The notes under the pieces: generated by a model
The model's database searches: none
Seen by the model: only the letters and a program-made list of their open reading frames with translations
Told to the model about the DNA's origin: nothing
In this document: one piece after another, positions 59,013 through 64,000 of the stretch
How positions within the stretch are numbered: the stretch's first letter is position 1
Layout of the letters: every line of letters begins with the position of its first letter
Made by a program: the position numbers and the translations under genes
DNA from: the human T2T-CHM13v2.0 reference genome, Homo sapiens
DNA length: 64,000 nt
Assembly (NCBI RefSeq): GCF_009914755.1
Contig: NC_060946.1
Strand: one strand, 5' to 3'

Positions 59013-62000
59013 ATGAAATTACATCAAATATATATTAGGTACCTAAAATATGAAAGTACATCAAATATAGATTATATACTGTACATGAAATATCAATGTA
59101 CCCCAAATATATATTTTATACTCTACATGAAATATCAAAGTTCACAAACTATATATTATATACTGTACATAAAATATCAAAGTACCCAAGGTATATATTC
59201 TATACTGTACAAAAAATATCAAAGTACCCAAAGCATGTATTATATACTGTACATAAAATATGAAAGTACATCAAATATATATTTTATTCTGTACATAAAA
59301 TATCAAAGTACACCAGATATATATTCTATAGTGTACATAAAATATCAAAGTACCCAAACTATACATTATATACTGTACATAAAATATGAAATTACATCAA
59401 ATATATATTATATTAGGTACATAAAATATGAAAGCACATCAAATATAGATTATATACTGTACATTAAATACCAAAGTACCCCAAATATATATTTTATACT
59501 GTACATCAAATATCAAAGTTCACAAAGTATATATTATATACTGTACATAAAATATCAAAGTACCCAAGGTATATATTCTATACTGTACAAAAAATATCAA
59601 AGTACCCAAAGCATGTATCATATACTGTACATAAAATATGAAAGTACATCAAATATATATTTTATTCTGTACATAAAATATCAAAGTACACCAGATATAT
59701 ATTCTATAGTGTACATAAAATATCAAAGTACCCAAACTATACATTATATACCGTACATAAAATATGAGATTACATCAAATATATATTATATTAGCTACAT
59801 AAAATATGAAAGTACATCAGATATAGATTATATACTGTACATAATATATCAAAGTACCCCAAATATATATGATATACTCTACATGAAATATCAAAGTTCA
59901 CACACTATATATTATATACTGTACATAAAATATCAAAGTACCCAAGGTACATATTCTATACTGTACAAAAAATATCAAAGTACCCAAAGCATGTATTATA
60001 TACTGTATATAAAATATGAAAATACATTAAATATATATTTTATTCTGTACATAAAATATCAAAGTACACCAGATATGTATTCTATAGTGTACATAAAATA
60101 ACAAAGTACACAAACTATAAATTATATACTGTACGTAAAATATGAAATTACATCAAATATATATTAGGTACATAAAATATGAAAGTACATCAAATATAGA
60201 TTATATACTGTACATATAATATCAATGTACCCCAAATATATATTTTATACTCTACATGAAATATCAAAGTTCACAAACCATACATTATATACTGCACATA
60301 AAATATCAAAGTACCCAAGGTATATATTCTATACTGTACAAAAAATATCAAAGTACCCATAGCATGTATTATATACTGTACATAAAATATGAAAGTACAT
60401 CAAATATATATTTTATTCTGTACATAAAATATCAAAGTACACCAGATATATATTCTATAGTGTACATAAAATATCAAAGTACCCAAACTATACATTATAT
60501 ATTGTACATAAAATATGAAATTACATCAAATATATATTATATTAGGTACATAAAATATGAAAGCACATCAAATATAGATTATATACTGTACATTAAATAC
60601 CAAAGTACCCCAAATATATATTTTATACTGTACATCAAATATCAAAGTTCACAAACTATATATTATATACTGTACATAAAATATCAAAGTACCCATGGTA
60701 TATATTCTATACTGTACAAAAAATATCAAAGTACCCAAAGCATGTATTAAATACTGTACATAAAATATGAAAGTACATCAAATATATATTTTATTCTGTA
60801 CATAAAACATCAAAGTACACCAGATATATATTCTATAGTGTACATAAAATATCAAAGTACCCAAACTATACATTATATACTGTACATAAAATATGAAATT
60901 ATATCAAATATATATTATATTAGGTACATAAAATATGAAAGTACATCACATATTGATTATATACTGTACATAAAATATCAAAGTACCCCAAATATATATT
61001 ATATACTCTACATGAAATATCAAAGTTCACAAACTATATATTATATACTGTACATAAAATATCAAAGTACCCAAGGTATATATTCTATACTATACAAAAA
61101 ATATCAAAGTATCCAAAGTATGTATTATATACTGTATATAAAATATGAAAGTACATTAAATATATATTTTATTCTGTACATAAAATATCAAAGTACACCA
61201 GATATATATTCTATAGTGTACATAAAATATCAAAGTACACAAACTATAAATTATATACTGTACATAAAATATGAAATTACATCAAATATATATTAGGTAC
61301 ATAAAATATGAAAGTACATCAAATATAGATTATATACTGTACATAAAATATCAATGTACCCCAAATATATATTTTATACTCTACATGAAATATCAAATTT
61401 CACAAACTATATATTATATACTGTACATAAAATATCAAAGTACCCAAGGTATATATTCTATACTGTACAAAAAATATCAAAGTATCCAAAGCATGTATTA
61501 TATACTGTACATAAAATATGAAAGTACATCAAATATATATTTTATTCTGTACATAAAATATCAAATTACACCAGATATATATTCTATAGTGTACATAAAA
61601 TATCAAAGTACCCAAACTATACATTATATACTGTACATAAAATATGAAATTACATCAAATATATATTATATTAGGTACATAAAATATGAAAGCACATCAA
61701 ATATAGATTATATACTGTACATTAAATACCAAAGTACCCCAAATATATATTTTATACTGTACATCAAATATCAAAGTTCACAAACTATATATTATATACT
61801 ATACATAAAATATCAAAGTACCCAAGGTATATATTATATACTGTACAAAAAATATCAAAGTACCCAAAGCATGTATTATATACTGTACATAAAATATGAA
61901 AGTACATCAAATATATATTTTATTCTGTACATAAAATATCAAAGTACACCAGATATATATTCTATAGTGTACATAAAATATCAAAGTACCCAAACTATAC

Positions 62001-64000
62001 ATTATATACTGTACATAAAATATGAGATTACATCAAATATATATTATATTAGCTACATAAAATATGAAAGTACATCAGATATAGATTATATACTGTACAT
62101 AAAATATCAAAGTACCCCAAATATATATTATATACTCTACATGAAATATCAAAGTTCACAAACTATATATTATATACTGTACATAAAATATCAAAGTACC
62201 CAAGGTACATATTCTATACTGTACAAAAAATATCAAAGTACCCAAAGCATGTATTATATACTGTATATAAAATATGAAAATACATTAAATATATATTTTA
62301 TTCTATACATAAAATAACAAAGTACACCAGATATGTATTCTATAGTGTACATAAAATAACAAAGTACACAAACTATGAATTATATACTGTACGTAAAATA
62401 TGAAATTACATCAAATATATATTAGGTACATAAAATATGAAAGTACATCAAATATAGATTATATACTGTACATATAATATCAATGTACCCCAAATATATA
62501 TTTTATACTCTACATGAAATATCAAAGTTCACAAACCATACATTATATACTGTACATAAAATATCAAAGTACCCAAGGTATATATTCTATACTGTACAAA
62601 AAATATCAAAGTACCCATAGCATGTATTATATACTGTACATAAAATATGAAAGTACATCAAATATATATTTTATTCTGTACATAAAACATCAAAGTACAC
62701 CAGATATATATTCTATAGTGTACATAAAATATCAAAGTACCCAAACTATACATTATATACTGTACATAAAATATGAAATTACATCAAATATATATTACAT
62801 TAGGTACATAAAATATGAAAGTACATCACATATAGATTATATACTGTACATAAAATATCAAAGTACCCCAAATATATATCATATACTCTACATGAAATAT
62901 CAAAGTTCACAAACTATATATTATATACTGTACATAAAATATCAAAGTACCCAAGGTATATATTCTATACTGTACAAAAAATATCAAAGTACCCAAAGCA
63001 TGTATTATATACTGTATATAAAGTATGAAAATACATTAAATATATATTTTATTCTGTACATAAAATATCAAAGTACACCAGATATGTATTCTATAGTGTA
63101 CATAAAATAACAAAGTACACAAACTATAAATTATATACTGTACGTAAAATATGAAATTACATCAAATATATATTAGGTACATAAAATATGAAAGTACATC
63201 AAATATAGATTATATACTGTACATATAATATCAATGTACCCCAAATATATATTTTATACTCTACATGAAATATCAAAGTTCACAAACCATACATTATATA
63301 CTGTACATAAAATATCAAAGTACCCAAGGTATATATTCTATACTGCACAAAAAATATCAAAGTACCCATAGCATGTATTATATACTGTACATAAAATATG
63401 AAAGTACATCAAATATATATTTTATTCTGTACATAAAATATCAAAGTACACCAGATATATATTCTATAGTGTACATAAAATATCAATGTACACAAACTAT
63501 AAATTATATACTGTACATAAAATATGAAATTACATCAAATATATATTAGGTACATAAAATATGAAAGTACATCAAATATAGATTATATACGGTACATAAA
63601 ATATCAATGTACCCCAAATATATATTTTATACTCTACATGAAATATCAAATTTCACAAACTATATATTATATACTGTACATAAAATATCAAAGTACCCAA
63701 GGTATATATTCTATACTGTACAAAAAATATCAAAGTACCCAAAGCATGTATTATATACTGTACATAAAATATGAAAGTACATCAAATATATATTTTATTC
63801 TGTACATAAAATATCAAAGTACACCAGATATATATTCTATAGTGTACATAAAATATCAAAGTACCCAAACTATACATTATATACTATACATAAATTATGA
63901 GATTACATCAAATATATATTATATTAGGAACATAAAATATGAGAGCACATCAAATATAGATTATATACTGTACATTAAATACCAAAGTACCCCAAATATA
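58680..64000. repeat. Long-range duplicate of ~30840-35410 (offset 27840, then 28591/28592 after a 751-bp insertion)
   Basis: ORF pairs 31173/59013, 32416/60256, 32998/60838 and 33431/61271 are at +27840, and 34673/63265 is at +28592. Private variants ACTGCACATA, GTATTAAATAC, CACATATTGAT, ATCCAAAGTATG and CAAATTACACCAG are shared. Confidence 0.88.

Larger units (their letters stand above)
1..64000. repeat. HSat1A (human satellite I / SAR)-type tandem satellite array, 42-bp monomer, ~1,520 monomers, extends past both window edges
   Basis: Continuous 42-bp unit such as CTGTACATAAAATATCAAAGTACCCAAGGTATATATTCTATA. GTAC sites alternate at 17- and 25-bp spacing, the classical Satellite I A/B subunit organisation. 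Very AT-rich, 9x42=378 bp HOR, same orientation throughout. Family assignment is from recognition of these properties, not from a database search. Confidence 0.95.
24409..64000. repeat. Right-hand subdomain dominated by 1129-bp (S-L-L) period and its multiples
   Basis: S-to-S spacing of 1129 at 24409-25538, 26662-27791-28920-30049, 31173-32302-33431, 35683-36812-37941-39070, 43953-45082-46211-47340, 48847-49976-51105-52234-53363 and 59013-60142-61271-62400. Domain markers are GAAAGCACATC, TACATTAAAT(AT), TTAGCTAC and GTATCCAAAG. Confidence 0.88.

Noticed and set aside
79-63549. About 110 + strand ORFs (60-636 aa) as protein-coding genes
   Set aside because: All are translations of the same 42-bp satellite (14-aa period). 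They start and stop at random repeat variants or at the 5-bp indel, and have no non-repetitive domain or gene context.
1-64000. CRISPR-like array (conserved TACTGTACATAAAATAT core alternating with variable segments)
   Set aside because: The variable segments are homologous to each other and recur every nine units. There are no unique spacers, leader or cas genes.
1-64000. Alpha satellite, HSat2/3, HSat1B or telomeric repeat
   Set aside because: No 171-bp period or CENP-B box, no (CATTC)n, no ~2.4-kb Alu-containing unit and no TTAGGG arrays.
1-64000. TATA boxes, polyadenylation-like signals and terminators
   Set aside because: TATA/ATAAA-like words are inevitable in this composition and recur in every monomer. 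None can be singled out as functional.
1-64000. Assignment to a specific chromosome or species
   Set aside because: HSat1A-type arrays occur on several human chromosomes (3, 4 and the acrocentrics) and related arrays may exist in apes. There is no unique flanking sequence, so rare-k-mer mapping to T2T assemblies is required.
1-64000. A previously undescribed gene-encoded biological system
   Set aside because: No non-satellite sequence exists in the window. The L/S ordering is explained by duplication history and there is no evidence that it encodes information.

Overview
The whole 64 kb window is one uninterrupted, single-orientation, very AT-rich (roughly 20% GC by eye) tandem satellite. 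The monomer is 42 bp and carries two GTAC (RsaI) sites spaced 17+25 bp apart. Nine monomers form a higher-order repeat (HOR) of 378 bp, with a common 373-bp variant that lacks 5 bp. These are the hallmarks of classical human Satellite I, i.e. HSat1A (RepeatMasker SAR), or a great-ape orthologue. I cannot assign the chromosome from the sequence alone. I see no genes, RNA genes, transposon insertions, CRISPR arrays or inversions, and all listed ORFs are by-products of the 42-bp periodicity. I found no new gene-encoded biological system. The informative content is the internal architecture of the array: nested periods of 751, 1129, 1502, ~1885, ~2255, 3004 and 3387 bp built from long (L, 378) and short (S, 373) HORs. 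There are also dispersed near-identical duplications at offsets of 4000, 5634, 7141, 11274 and 27840/28592 bp, and two variant-defined subdomains that meet in a diverged zone at ~21.8-23.1 kb. Three out-of-register monomer rearrangements are confined to the first 8 kb, and there is evidence that the 5-bp deletion arose or was converted more than once. Block boundaries were read by eye from shared variants and are approximate.
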